A stretch of 64,000 bases of DNA from Octopus vulgaris (taxonomy: Eukaryota). A model generated the notes under the pieces. The model saw only the letters and a program-made list of their open reading frames with translations, ran no database searches and had not been told where the DNA came from. The translations under genes and the position numbers were made by a program. Below, one piece after another: positions 36,516 to 50,913 of the stretch (position 1 is its first letter; every line of letters starts with the position of its first letter). The stretch spans positions 50,220,001 to 50,284,000 of the forward strand of contig OX597823.1 in NCBI GenBank assembly GCA_951406725.2. Reading direction: 5' to 3'.

Positions 36516-38162
36516 GAACAAATTTTTAAAAAACATTTCAGAAAGCAGTTATGATATTGTTAGGTCCACTCAGCAGACGTTTCTGTAAATTAAAGAATTC
36601 CTAATTCATTAGAAACTGAAATATTTTCCATTTCGCCTTGGCCGCTTTGATCACAGATTTCTCCAGCATCTCCCCACCACTTATACAATTATTTACATTA
36701 TATTACAATCTGGTTATACACCGTATGCAGTCAATGAAACGGTCAAATAGAGGTATCAATAGCCTTACAAAAGACCAGTGATGAATAGATATATAATAAA
36801 TACTTTATATATCAAGAAAAAGATTATTAGATATTATGCTGGTGAAATATTCAATATATAATATTTTCCAAATTTGTTTCAGAAAAATGATGATGATGAC
36901 ATCTATTAAAATCAATTATCTCCAGAATTATAGCTACAAACGAAACAAAAAATCAAAATCAAAACTGAAATTAACAATATTCTGGGAGAACCAACTGTCA
37001 AATAACCCAATGTGAAGTTAACTACAAAGAACATCGTATAAATCTTGCATGGGTACAAAGTACCCATGTCTTTAAGGAAGAGGGAATTACTACCGTTGCT
37101 TTAAAGAAATGATTGTTTAACTCTGTGATCATTACCTTAGTTTTCTTTACATTATTCTGCGATGCACCTGGTTACAGTATCATCAGGGATGTTTTCTAGG
37201 ATCATTAGGTGTTTCGGGTTTTCATCATCAGACACTTTCACCTAGGCGACCCAGCCAGGGTTAATCAGGCCTCTCAGCTTGTGTACATATATATATATAT
37301 ATATATGCACTACACACACGCGCACATATATGTATATATGTACACACGACGGGCTTCACACAGTTTCCATCGACCAAATTCATTCTCAAAGATTTACTCA
37401 GCCGCCTGAGGTTATAGTAGAGATACCTGCACATGGTGCCGCGCAGTGCGACTGAACCCGAAACATTGCAGATAAATTTTAACTACCAAATCTTATATGG
37501 ACCCCACCCACAAGAGTCATATGGACCCCGGTTGAGAACCACTGGTGTAGATAAACCGAGGTGGTGACTTTAATCTGCTAAAAACTTACCACATCATTCA
37601 GCGTCTGATCTAACATCCAAATAATATCCATTTTTCGACAACTAGGAATCTAACTGCTTAAGGAAGCTTTTGCTAATGGCTTATGACACAAATTGAATGA
37701 TATTCATAAGAGTTTCTTTAAGAAATTCACAATTTCCTCTTCACTGTAGAATTGCCTTCTCATTACAGTTTAAGATATCTAAATATGCCACACTTTCCCA
37801 TTGGATAACGTATTGCTTCAACATCACAACCACTATTGTAATCCATTATTTAACTCTACTTTCTGACTATACACTGTCATCATTTATACACTGATTATAA
37901 GCTTTGAATGGTTTCACAATAGGCTATCAATGAATACGAATATAGCAGATGAATGTCGCAATTGTTAATAGAAAATTTGAAGGAAGTTCTTAGTTATATG
38001 CGCAGGCATGGCTGTGTTGCTAAGAAGCTCGTTTTGTAACCACATGGTTTCGGGTTCAGTCGCACTGCGCGGCACCATGGTTGAGTAAATCTTTGAGAAT
38101 GAATTTGATCGATGGAACGTGTGTGAAGCCCGTCGTGTGTACATATATACATATATGTGCGC

Positions 38163-38200
<38 letters not shown>

Positions 38201-38204
<4 letters not shown>

Positions 38205-38441
38205 GCTTAGTGGTTAGGGTGTCAGCATCATGATCGTAAGATTGTGGTTTCGATTCCTGGACCGGACGACGCGTTGTGTTCTTGAGCGAAACACTTCATT
38301 TCACGTTGCTCCAGTTCACTCAGCTGGCAAAAATGAGTAACGCTGCGATAGACTGGCGTCCCGTCCAGCTGGGGAACGCATACGCCATGGAAACCGGGAA
38401 ACAGGGCCCATGAGCCTGGCTAGGCTTTAAAAGGGCGCATT

Positions 38442-38445
<4 letters not shown>
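38201..38445 (+). mobile_element. SINE family C, tail type 3, within (TA)n
   Basis: tggcttagtggttagggtg...gtttcgattcc...gttcttgagcgaaacact...gactggcgtcccgtccag. Confidence 0.85.
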
Positions 38446-38497
<52 letters not shown>

Positions 38498-38849
38498 TCA
38501 ACAGATGAGATCCGGAGATTTTCAGTACAGAAGACACTTAGTAGTGCTCAAATGATTCAAACTTAGACTCCGATGTTTTGACAGGCCAGCAAATTCGGAG
38601 TAACGGGTAAGTTGACTACATCGATCCCACTGTTCAACTGCTACTTATTTATTTATCCTGAAAGGATGAAAGGCAAAGTCGACCTCGGCAGCATTTGAAT
38701 TCAGGGCGCAAAGTCGGAAGAAATGCCGTTAAGCATTTTGCCCCGGCGTGCTAACTATTCAGTTAGCTAGCTGTCTCAAAAAATTAATATGATCTATCTG
38801 CAGTCAGTCATTGCATGTATGACTTCTAGCCACTGACTCTACATGGCTT

Positions 38850-39100
38850 TGGCAGGACTTGATAAGCTTTCTCCATACTGGTCGGTTTTTCGCTTGGGTT
38901 TGCTATTTATTATGATCAATCCCTTTCCCCTTCATGATCCTTTTTGCAATATCTTTGAATCTTAGTCTAGGTGTTCTCTGTTTTCTTTTTCCCTTATAGG
39001 AGTAAAGGATTTGTCTGGGGAGTTCATTGTTGCCCATACATCTTGTGTATGTGACCCAACCAACATACATTTCTAACAATCTCAATAATAATCTGCTCGT
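38850..39100 (-). mobile_element. RTE-type LINE ORF 3' end, decayed
   Basis: WLGHIHKM..ELPRQILYS..GKRKQRTPRLRFKDIAKR is the RTE/BovB-like C-terminal signature. Confidence 0.8.
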
Positions 39101-39157
39101 TCGTTCGCCCGTTATACTTTAGATAGAGAGGAGGAGATGTAATAAAAGGGTAAGAGG

Positions 39158-39217
<60 letters not shown>

Positions 39218-39894
39218 GGGAGAAATGTGAGTAGAGAAGAAAGAAGAGAGGAGTATAATAATACACTAAGTCCAAATGCATCATATGTTTAGTTGAAGGG
39301 AGAATCAAAGAGCGAGAGAAAAAAGACGGCGAGAGAAAAGTGGGAGAGAGAAGTGTTAATGACGTGCTGCAGGATCAGGAAGGAAAAGTGAAGAGAAACA
39401 GATAAATGTTAAAGACCTGAAAAAAAAAGGAATTACACGGTTGAAGAGGTAGAGAGAAAGAGAGAAATATAAAGTGCGCAGCAGAGGGAAATTTAAAATA
39501 ATATATTATTCAGACTGGAAACGAAATAACTTAGCAAAATAAAAATAAAATCGTCCTTTCTTTCTTAAATAATTTCTCTTAATCTTTTTCTTTCTGTGGA
39601 ATATCCACAGATCCCACTAATAATGATAAATATTAAAACGGTAAAATCTCATGAGGTCATTTGCGAAAATATTTAAAATGATTTTGTGCCCTAAACCATT
39701 TCGAAAAGGAATTTTTTTTGTTTGTTTTTGTGACCAGATCCAATGATATGTGGAAAGAGCGCTTACCATATCTCGCATTCAAACCAATTGTATATTATAG
39801 CATCCAGGGCAAGTGTCTTCCACTTCGGATTTGGAATAGCCAAAATATTGAGTGGAATTTGGTAGATAGAAACCACACTTGCACACACATTTTA

Positions 39895-40745
39895 TCTTTT
39901 ACTTGTTTCAGTCATTAGGCTGCGACTATGGTGGGGCAACGCCTTGAAGGGTTTGGTCCAATAACTCGATCCCAGTACTTGTTATTTTAAAACCCGATAC
40001 TTATTCTATCGGTTTATTATTTGCGAACTGCTAAGTTGCTGCGAAATAAGCAAGCTAACACATGTCAAGCGGTAGCTGGGGAACAAACATGGATCTTTTC
40101 GGTTTGAACGGCAGTTTTTTCTAGCGGTGTCATATGAAATTGTCACCCATAATTATGACCCTAGTATCGATCTATTGCATTACAATCTGTTTTAGGGTTA
40201 GGGTTAGTTAGGGTTAGTTAGGATCAGTTAGGGTTAGGGGTGGGGGGAAGGATATCTTTTTTTCTTCAGAAATGTAAATAAACCCAATCTGTTTCTTTAA
40301 CGAGGGACATATTCATACGGCACAGAATGTTTTCACCTCAATAGACGGTCATTGATTGGTTGAAACTGCAGAAATTGAAGAAAAAAAACAACAACAAATA
40401 TCTTAAAAACTATAGAATTTTCTCAATAAAGCCAAGAGAAAAAGATGTTTTATAAACACATTCTACCAGTATACGAAGTTTAAAATTTTTTAGTTACATA
40501 GAAATTATGTTAAAAACTGCCGTTCAAACCGAAAAGATCCACTAACATAAACACAAGGATACACATATATAGATATATATGCATATACATATGTACGACG
40601 GGCTTCCTTCGGTTTCCGACTAATAAATACACTCACAAGGTTTCGGTCAGTAGAAGACCCTTCCTTGCTCAAGGTATCACGCAATGGGTCTGTACCCGAG
40701 ACGATGGAGTTGGTAAGTAACGTTCTTACAACACATCCACGTCTA
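39895..40745 (-). mobile_element. SINE family A interrupted by a Merlin-type MITE
   Basis: Family A segments on both sides of the 40091-40540 insert. Confidence 0.78.
40091..40540. mobile_element. Merlin-type MITE, second copy (opposite orientation to 11186)
   Basis: Same TIR GGATCTTTTCGGTTTGAACGGCAGTTTTT; 8-bp TSD acaaacat/actaacat; internal TTAGGG repeats at 40191-40240. Confidence 0.88.
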
Positions 40746-41475
40746 CACACACACACACACACACATCATCATCATCATCATCATCATCAGTAGTAGTAGT
40801 AGTAGTAGTAGTAGTCAGTCAGTCAGAAGTTCCGATCGAAGCTCTTGTTTCGTGTGTGTCTGCGTATGTGTGCGCGCGTGCGAGAGTTCCTCTATGTCTG
40901 TGGATGTGTCTTTTTTTCCCCTCCATGTTTGAATTTATATTTGTCATTATAATGTGGTGGGTGTAGAGTTGCGAGTGTTTACGCCAAAAACCGTAATTTA
41001 GCGGTCCGATAAAATTATTGCCAGACTAAAATAAATTCTAGGGTCGATATTATCGACAGAAACCATTGAAGTCGGTGCACCAGCAAGACCACTGCTCAAT
41101 AACGGAGACCAGTGAAAGAAAAAAAAAAAAAAAAAAATACAACAAAACTTCAACCAACTAACATCAATCATTACGTCATAAACAATTTCCTTAAAGAATG
41201 TGCAATGCCTTATTTAAATCCATCAACCAAACAATCTAGAATGTTAAAGTTATATACACAGATATTACTGTGCGGTTAAGAAGCTTATTTTGCGGTTAAG
41301 AAGCTTATTTTTCACTACCACCGCTTGACAACTGATCTTGGTTTATTTTCGCCACCGTAATTTAGTAGTACGGCAAAAGGGACTGATAGAAGAAGTACCA
41401 GGCTCAGTTCGAAAAATACGTATTGGGGTTGATTGTTTCAGCATGCCCGCAGTCTAATGACTGACGCAAATATAT

Positions 41476-41700
41476 ACTCTTTTACTCTTTTACTTGTTTC
41501 AGTCATTTGACTGCGGCCATGCTGGAGCACTGCCTTTAGTCGAGCAAATCGACCCCGGGACTTATTCTTTGTAAGCCCAGTACTTATTCTATCGGTCTGT
41601 TTTGCCGAATCGCTAAGTGACGGGGACGTAAACATACCAGCATCGGTTGTCAAGCAATGCTAGGGGGATAAACACAGACACACAAACATATACACACACA

Positions 41701-41740
<40 letters not shown>

Positions 41741-41900
41741 TACGACAGGCTTCTTTCAGTTTCCGTCTACCAAATCCACTCACAAGGCATTGGTCGGCCC
41801 GGGGCTATAGCAGAAGATACTTGCCCAAGATGCCACGCAGTGGGACTGAACCCGGAACCATGTGGCTGGTTAGCAAGCTACTTACCACATAGCCACTACT
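41476..41900 (-). mobile_element. SINE family A, near full length
   Basis: Reverse complement of the consensus, including the (TAAAAGAG)n tail. Confidence 0.92.
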
Positions 41901-42332
41901 TTTTATATTAATAAAAAAAAGAAAAAAATTACATTATTTTGTGCCTCATTTTTCAGCGATGGACAATATCGCATTTTAAGAATGTTTATTCCGGAAAAAA
42001 TTATTACACCATCTAATAAAACCACAGGGTCAACTAACTCAATACGAATTTAAAAAAAGACGAGCAAAAGAAAACATTGGCAAAAACCAAAAGATCAACA
42101 ACACATGATTACTTGTAAAAGCATGAATTAGAAGTATATGACCTTCATTGCTTTCTGGTGACATTAAATAGCCAAAATGGATCTAAAAAGCTTAGTAGGG
42201 TGAATACAAAACGTGATGTCAGCATGTAGTAACTGTTTCTTATACTTCTTTTTACTTGTTTTTGCCATACTGGGGCATCGGATTGAAGGGTTTTGTCAAA
42301 CAAACCAACCCCATTACTCATTTTTTGAGCCT

Positions 42333-42570
42333 GGTGGTTGTGGTGGTGACCGTGGTGGTTGTATGACTAGTATGTAGTTGTGGTAGTGGTGGCTGTGTTG
42401 GTGGTGGTAGTAGTCATCGTAGTGGTAGTAGTAGTAGTAGTGACAGCAGTAGTAGTGGTAGTGGCAGTGGTGGTGTTGGCTGTGGTGGTGGCGGTAGTCG
42501 CCGTAGTAGAAATGGTGGTAGTGGTAGTTAATGATAGTAGTAGTATTGGTGGTGGTGGTGGTGGTAGTCG
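42333..42570. repeat. Degenerate (GTA/GTG)n trinucleotide tract
   Basis: Low complexity; explains the poly-V and poly-T ORFs. Confidence 0.95.
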
Positions 42571-42751
42571 CTGTTGTAGTAGAACTGGGAGAGAGAGAGA
42601 GAGAGAGAGAGAGGAGACAAAACGTCTGTCTGTGTAATAAGGTATGGAAATGAATGAGATGGAAAGGGACTTCATGCCAATCAGTCGAGCGGCTTTTTTC
42701 CCTCTGTCTTTTAATCAGTGTGTATGAGAGAGAGAGGGAGAGAGAGAGAGA

Positions 42752-42796
<45 letters not shown>

Positions 42797-43887
42797 TTAA
42801 ACCCCACATTCATTTTCTGCTCCATAATCGTTAACAAATGTTTATTTTCGTGGTTAGATCCAGCGGTATGAGCTAACACCACGCAACAAACTTCATATTT
42901 GAATTAAATTATTTTTAATCAAAAGAATAAAACACGAGACAGAGAACATTGATTTGCACATCGTAGCAATGTATTTATTTTTCCCCACACCAACTTGAAG
43001 ATTATTATTTTAATCATGGATGCAGCAAACGGAGATTACAATATTTATTCACCATATCCGTTAATTGTTCTCAGAAAAGGATTGGCAATCGCTATTTCGC
43101 AATTCAAATGAACTAAAACCGCCGATTTCATCTTTTTTCTCGGGTAGGGGTAGGAAGAAGGTTTTTCGTTTCCATATTTCGTGCTGATCCGATGTGTGTT
43201 CAAATAAATGTTATAATAATTTTAGGTTAAACAATTATTTAGAACTTCCAGATGCAACTGGCATCGTCCGGATTTAGTACATAAAATAAACGTAATCTCA
43301 AAAATTCACTATATTTTGGATTAAATGCTTTTAGAAAGATGGGCATGCCTACACAAGTGTGCTCCCACCACCGATTTTCTTTTCTCATAGCTTTCAGAAA
43401 ATGTGCACTTTTTTTTTGTAATGAAATTTTCAAGAAATACCGTTCAAGTGGAATAGATCACGATTATATCGGAATTTAATGTCGAAAAAAATTTGTGCGT
43501 GTTCACACCACATAGATATTGACACACATCATATATGCATCTTCAAAATGAAACTAGAAACTTTGAAAAAAATTCTGTGATGTGTCAGTGATGTATGTGT
43601 GCACGCCTGCCAATTTTTTTCTTTTTTTACATTACGTTCCGTATAATCGTAATTTGCACCTGAAAGATATCTGTGGAAAATTTCATAAAAAAAATTACTT
43701 TTTGCGTAAGTTATGAGAAAGGAAATTCGGGTGGTGGTTATGGTAGTGGTGGTGGGCCCACTTGTGATACACCGAAAGATGCTACCAATTTTCGGTCGGT
43801 TAGAGAATTGTTGTTTCACGCAACTGTTGTAACCAAACCATCGAGAAAAGTACAAAAAAAACAAATGCATAAAACTTGAAATAAAAA

Positions 43888-44121
43888 TGGAAGGCCAGCA
43901 GTCACCCATGCATACCAGCCTCCCCTCTCCACAGGCGTTATCCAAGGGAAAGGCCGATACAGCTTGGCACCAGTGATGTCGCAACTCATTTCTACAGATG
44001 AGTTAACTGGAGCAACGTGAAATAAAGTGTCTTGCTCAAGAACACAACACGCAGCCCGATCCGGGAATCGAACTCACAACCGTAAGCTCGATGCTCTAAC
44101 CACTGAGCCATGCGCCTTCAC
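43888..44121 (-). mobile_element. SINE family C, tail type 1 (tail truncated)
   Basis: Matches 2270-2521. Confidence 0.88.
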
Positions 44122-45189
44122 AGCAGAAAGAATATATTAAGATACAATAAAGTGGAGAGCTGAAAGAATCGTTAGCGCATTCTACAAATTGTTTAGTGGC
44201 ATTTCTTCCGGTTCTTTATGCCCTGAGTTCAAATTCTCCGAAGTCGACTTTGCCTCTCACCCTTTCAGAGTTGATAAAATAAATAGCGTTTGAGCTCTGG
44301 GGTCGACTTTATCGACTTCGCCCTCTCCTAAAATTACTGGCCGTGGGCCAAAATTTGCAACTATGTATTAAGATAAATATTGTATATCTTTTACCAATAT
44401 ATTTAAGAATTTTACACGAAGATCACAGTTCCTCTGTTCTTCTAAACTAAGTTTTCAGGCAACAAGCTTTTATTAGAAATCGTTAATAAGAAATGATCAA
44501 TTGGTTTTGTTTTGTTCATGCTGGTTCTTTTGATAGACTGCATTTGTCATTTTGCAGTTTAAGTCATCTCTTATCGGTCAGACCAGTGACAGGTACGGGG
44601 TCGGGTACGCAGAAGGGCGGCCTTCTACTTTTCAGCTCAACGGAAGAAGGGTGGAATTATAGCGTGTAATCCCTCTCCTTCCAAACCACAATTTCACAGA
44701 TCTTAACGTACTTTTAACTCCTAAGAGTACCTATTTCCATTACTGAGATACACTCATGGTAAAAAAAGTCGCTTGAACAATTAGACGCGATGGGAGAAAG
44801 TTGCTGTGGGAGAAAGTACCATACAGACACGAGATTAGAATTAAGATATTTTTCTAAAAGAAAGAAAGGAATAAACCTGGATACGTCATAAACATTTCCT
44901 TACGTAATTTAAAAGTATTTGAATCTCAGATCAGGCACAGGGAAGAATGGGAAGCTTACAGCAAAGATAGGTTACAACCTTGTTTCATTTTCACAGTGAA
45001 TGTCTTCAGAAATGCACGAATGACAGAACTTCCCATTTCCTTTGAACGAAAATTTCAAGTTTTCATACATTTCTCACTAATCGTATTTTTCTTTCTGGTT
45101 CTGCTAACAACAAAATCTTAATAGCTGATATAATGGTAAATGATAAACAAATAAATTTAATGTGATATGATGATTTGAAAAATTTCCCC

Positions 45190-45965
45190 GTGGCTGTGCG
45201 GTAAGAAGTTTACTTCCCAACCACATGGTTCCGGGTTCAGTCCTACTGCGTGGCACCTTGGGAAAGTGTCTTCTACTATGGCCTCAGGCCGACTAAAGCC
45301 TTGTGAATTGATTTGGTTGACGGAAACTGAAGGAAGACTGTCGTATGTATATATACATATATATATATACATGTGTGTGTGTGTGTCTGTGTTTGTCCAC
45401 CACCACCGCTTGACGACCGGTGTTGGTGTGTTTATGTCCCCGTAACTTAGCGGTTCGGCGGTGCCCCAACATGTCTGTTGTCTGATTACTGAAACAAGTA
45501 ACAGAACGTTTAAGGATTCTTTATTAATTTTCTTTTAATATTTGCGATAACCATTATTTATATCCAGAATGCAGTACTAGCTTTTAATTACTTTAGTCAT
45601 TAAACAGCGATCATGCCCCGCCTTGGAGGGTTTAGTCGAAAGACTCGACTTCACGACTTATTTTTTAAAACCTGATACTTATTCTATTTATCTTTTTTAT
45701 TCTTTTTTAATCAAACTGTTCAGTTGTAGGGTGTAAACAAACCAACATCGGTTGTCAATCGATGGGCAGGACAGTCAAACACACACACACACAAAAATAC
45801 ACACACACATATGTGACAAGCTTCTTTCAGTTTCTGTCTACAAAAACCCACTCTCAAGGCTTTTGTCATTCCGGTGCTATAATAGAAAACACTTGCTCAA
45901 GCTTCCACGCACTGGAACTGAATCCGGAGCCATGTGGTTGAGAAACAAGCTTCTTGCTACATAAC
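45190..45965. mobile_element. Two SINE A copies in inverted tail-to-tail orientation (+ 45190-45505; - 45585-45965)
   Basis: Family A consensus on plus, then its reverse complement. Confidence 0.8.
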
Positions 45966-47012
45966 CTCGCCAGCGACATTGTTAAAAAAAGTGTAACGTG
46001 TTGATTTTGAGTTAGTCAGCAATCCATTAGTCCAGTTGAGGTTAAAATTCTCATTGAACTGAAGCAAAAATAATTTTTCACTATATTAAGCATTCACTAA
46101 TTGTCCTTCATGCAGAAGATATCCAGGCAAAATTTTCCTACGTCTGAAAATTTAATAGGCCAATATGAACTGATTCGTATTCAGATATCGTACGGAGACT
46201 CGGATCCATAGGAAAGACGAACGCGTGATGTGATTGTAATAGCAACCACACTCGTTAATGTCAAAATTCGAAACAGCTTAAAGACATTAAACCTGATATT
46301 TAAATTCAGAGTAAGAGGGATGTGATGACCTTTCTGGTGACATTAACGGTACAAACCCAAGGTCGTGACTTTAACTTCATTTAAGCTTACCGTAGCTTTC
46401 TAGTATCTGAGCAAAGATTTAAATAAAAATTCTTCAACTTCGTTGAGAAAAGTAACTAATTCTTGCACAAGACCAGCAATTTTGAACGGAAGGGGTAAAT
46501 CAATTACATTTGACCCCAGTGCTCAATTGATACTTATTTTATCAACCCTGAAAGGTCAAGAAAAATAATCCTTTCTAATTTTGGCACATGGCCAGCAATT
46601 TTGTGAAGGAGGGGAAGTCGATTACATCCTACCCAATGTTCAACAGATACTTATTTTATGAGCTCAGTAACATACGTTAAAGGGGAATATTTTTCTTTCT
46701 ATTATAGACACAAGGCAAGCAATTTTGGGGTGCGGGAGGAAGAGGGATAATCGAGTGTATCGACTCTAGTGCTCGACAGGTACTTATTTTATCGGCGTTA
46801 TTTGAACTCCAAACGTAAAGAACCGGAACAAATATCAGAAAGTATTTTTCCCCAGCGCAGTAGCGAGTCTGCCAGCTCACCATCACTTTACGAAAAATGG
46901 TAATATGTGAAGTTTTAATTGATGTTAGTACTTATTCATGAATTTAAATGCTAAAAACACACTTCTGACAACGATTTAGGACACAAATCAGTTGTAGATA
47001 TTAAAGAAATGG

Positions 47013-47535
47013 AAAGCGGCGTGCTGGCAGAATCGTTAGTGCGCCGGACGAAATGCTTAGCGGTATTTCGTCTGCCGCTACGTTCTGAGTTCAAATTCCG
47101 CCGAGGTTGACTTTGCCTTAAAGGCGGTGAGCTGGCGGAAACGTTAGCACGCCGGGCGAAATGCGTAGCCGTATTTCGTCTGCCGCTACGTTCTGAGTTC
47201 AAATTCCGCCGAGGTTGACTTTGCCTTTCATCCTTTCGGGGTCGATTAAGTAAGTACCAGTTACGCACTGGAGTCGATATAATCGACTTAATCCGTTTGT
47301 CTGTCCTTGTTTGTCCCCTCTATGTTTAGCCCCTTGTGGGTAGTAAAGAAATAGGTATTTCGTCTGCCATTACGTTCTGAGTAAAAATTGCGCCGAGGTC
47401 GACTTTGCCTTTGATCCTTTCGTGGTCGATAAATTAATTACCAGTTACGCACTGGGGTCGATATAATCGTCTTAATCCCTTTGTCTGTCCTTGTTTGTCC
47501 CTTCAGTGTTTAGCCCCTTGTGGGTAGTAAAGAAA
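47013..47535 (+). mobile_element. Composite SINE B (partial head, full copy, second body and tail) under one TSD
   Basis: 18-bp TSD tagatattaa(a/t)gaaatgg (46995-47012 and 47536-47553). Confidence 0.88.
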
Positions 47536-48576
47536 TAGATATTAATGAAATGGTTGACTTAAAACGATCGCATTTTTTCCTTATAAATCTGCGTTTCTGT
47601 AGCAACGTAAATATATCTAAATACGATGGGTAACCAATATACATTCCTGTGTTCCAAGCATATGTTCAAAATGGAGAAACTACTACTACTCTCTCTCTCT
47701 CTCACACACACACATGAAATCTACTCTTCTACTATTGCAGGATCAATAAAGATGTACTACATGAAGTGAGAGATAAATTTCATTTTTATAATATACACAC
47801 AATTTAAATACGAAATACTACTAGTTTCATGCCGTTAAATCACAATAAACTGACACTCAGATATACAACATGGCTCATCATTTTTGCGGAAACGAGGAAG
47901 GGCGCTGGTCTTTGAAAAACATGAGAAGTGAAAGCAAAATGTGAAATGAGAAAAAAGAAAATGAAGAGTTGCGTACTTTTGCTCGTTCGAATGAGAAAAT
48001 TAGTATGGTTGATGTTCGAATCAAAATTAATATGATTGGTGTAAATTAATTATTCGTCATGAACCTAATAGAAGCTCGAATCTCGAATTTAAATCCTGTG
48101 TGTTCGAAATATTCATCTCTCCCTGAATGGAGTTCTTTTTTTTTTGTTGATCCCACTAATAACGGAACAGTAAATTATGCATATTCCTCCAAAACGTGGA
48201 TTTACACTGCGAATTCGTATTCCACGTATGATTGGCATGATAGCTACGTTAAGTTGAGGACTCTAAGAATTCTACCAGAATATCACACATAGAAATGGAT
48301 TTATGCTACATGGGATATTTAAGAATCTACCTACACCACCGAATACTTAGTTTACACCAACCAAACTAATTCTGATTCGAACTGGCAAAAAGACGCAACT
48401 CTTGATTTTCTGTTTTCTTATTCTCATTCTCCTTTTTGCTTTTATTTTACTCTCGTCCTTTCTCGTGCTTTCTGAAAGACCAGCCATGTTGTATATTTGA
48501 GTTTGAAAAATTGCTTGGAAACACAAGACATGCTATAGAAGCTGGTCAGTGTATATTGTGCTCACAGCTCGAATTT

Positions 48577-48633
<57 letters not shown>

Positions 48634-48751
48634 TTCCGTTTCTCATTGTGTTCAACGTTTTTTTGATGTCCTGTACCCGTATATGCATGTATATATACAT
48701 ATATTATTTATATTATTATATGATCGAACGCCACGCATCCTTTCCAAGTGT

Positions 48752-49663
48752 ATATAGATATATCGAAAAGTTCCTTGACTAGTTATGTTTAATAAAAAGT
48801 AACTTATTTATCTAAGTTTTAACATCATCTCCTTCGAAATAGTTACCTTGCGCAGCAATACACCGGGCGTTTCTGCATTTTTGGAATTCGGCCTGGAAGT
48901 CGTTTTCTGTAAGTGAGTCGAGGATCTGCTGCGATTTGCTCTTGGTCTTGACAACGGTGTTAAAACGGCCACCTTTGAACTGCATTTTCATTTTGAGGAA
49001 GATATGGAAGTCCGCAAGTGCTAAATCTGACGAAAGGGGTAGGTGCAGAAGTACTACCATGTTGTTTCTGACGAGAAACTCACAAGTGAGGAGAATTCGG
49101 TGACAGGGTGCATTGTCGTCGTGAAAAATCCAATTATTCACGCTCCACAGATCCGATCACTTTCATCGAATGCTGTCCCTCAAACGCTTCTAAACATCGT
49201 TGATTGTCCACCGACGATTCTCATGAACATGAACAAGCTGATGAATTTTTTCCTCATTTTCGGGGATGACGCTCGTTGCAGATCTTCCAGCTCGCTCGTT
49301 GTCTTCTAAGGACGTTCTTCCGCCTTTGAAGTGCCCGTGCCATTCGAAACATTGCGTACCACCCATTACCTCGTCGCGATAAGCTTGCCGAAACATGCTC
49401 AATGTCTCTGTAACAGACTTCCCAAGTTTAATGCAAAATTTCATGTTGGCTCTTTGTTCTAACTTCCTGTCCATGACAAAAATCGCAGACTGCAGCATCC
49501 ATGTGATAACAAAAACGCAAATTTCAACAACATGTAAAGTAAATACAGCAATGTCACTCTGCCTCATGAAGGTCACTGCCAGCTCTCGTTGTGCACGCAG
49601 CCATGTGCTGTCATCTATTGGCGCGCTACAGAACTAGTCCGGGAACTTTTTGATACCAACACG
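48752..49663 (-). mobile_element. Internally deleted mariner element
   Basis: TIRs tatcgaaaagttccttgactagtt and aactagtccgggaactttttgata; N-terminal EQRANMKFCIKLGKSVTET..WHGHFKGGRTSLED (HTH) and C-terminal HDDNAPCH..SSDLALADFHIF..CIAAQGNYFE; the WVP region and first catalytic D are missing. Confidence 0.93.
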
Positions 49664-49665
49664 AA

Positions 49666-49696
<31 letters not shown>

Positions 49697-50629
49697 GGAG
49701 AGAGAGAGAGAGAGAGAGAGAGGAAGAGAGATGTGTGTGTATGTATGTATGTATGTATGTGGACTGCTCCATACGACAGAAAGCAGTAAGAGAGGTAAAA
49801 TGAAATGATGCATAAATGATACATAAATATTATATTAAAGGCAGAATTTAAAAAAATCAAACTGCATTCTGAATCAAGGAAAGTACAAAGATATCCATCA
49901 CTCTTCCTGACAACAAACAAAACTTCGGTTGTTTTTTTAGAGATGAAACTTAGCTACGTGATAGATTAATTCTACTGCACAACAGATACTGAGTTATTTA
50001 TTTTTGCCAAGTAAATCGTCACCAGTTTGAATAAACTTCGACGGTAAAAAACCCATTAAAGATACTTTAATATTTTTGGTTAATAGATACTGTGATAATT
50101 CAGTGAATTAGAAATCTTTACAGTATGATATTTTGGATCATTAACCAGCAATGGAATTATAAACTTTTGTTAACAATTTCTATCGAATTTTATTGATGGA
50201 ATTTTACTGTATCAATAATTTCTATAATTACAGTGTGGTATAATGTAAAAGGATGCATTGGTGGCGGTGGTGGTGGTGGTGGTAGTGATGATGATGTTGA
50301 AGTAATCAATAATCAAATAGGTCAATGTGAAATACATTGAGATATCTTACATTGGTACAAGAAATCAGTTTTTACAGAGAAGAGGAAGCACTTGTTCAAA
50401 TCCATTGATATTTTCTTTCTCAAATCATTAAGAAATATAAATTTTTGTTATTACATCCAGTTATGTGAGTTAATAACATTTAGCATATCAGATTTAAAAG
50501 GAATGAAATTTGAAATTGTATTTTTCTTAATGAATTTTTAAAGTATTATCTAATCGTATGCCATACACTAAAAAATATGGTAAGTTTACAGGAAGCTGCA
50601 ATCAAAATCCAAATACACAACCGTTCGAG

Positions 50630-50845
50630 GTCGACGAGTTGGCAGAATCGTTAGCAATCCGGGCAAAATGCTTCGCGGCAATTCATCCGTCTTGAGGTTC
50701 TAAGTTCAAACACCGCCGGAGTTGACTTTGCTTTTCATCCTTTCGAATCGATATAATAAGTAGCATTTGAGCACTGGGGTCGATGTAATCGGCTTACTCC
50801 TTCCCCCGAAATTGATGGCCTTATGCCAAGATTTGAAACCAATAT
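50630..50845 (+). mobile_element. SINE family B (older tail)
   Basis: gagttggcagaatcgttagc...gcttttcatcctttcg...gcactggggtcgatgtaatc...ggccttatgccaagatttgaaacc. Confidence 0.82.
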
Positions 50846-50913
50846 TTTTAGCTTAATATATCACGCCTCATATTTTCATAAGTGATCTTTCTTGTTTTGC
50901 TTTTTTATACCCA

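Noticed and set aside
37205-37245. Hammerhead-like CTGATGA...GAAAC on the minus strand
   Set aside because: Stem II pairs poorly and no stem I or NUH arrangement fits; at best a decayed relic.
42367-42675. Thr-rich mucin-like or Val-rich ORFs
   Set aside because: Trinucleotide low-complexity tract with no splice or domain evidence.
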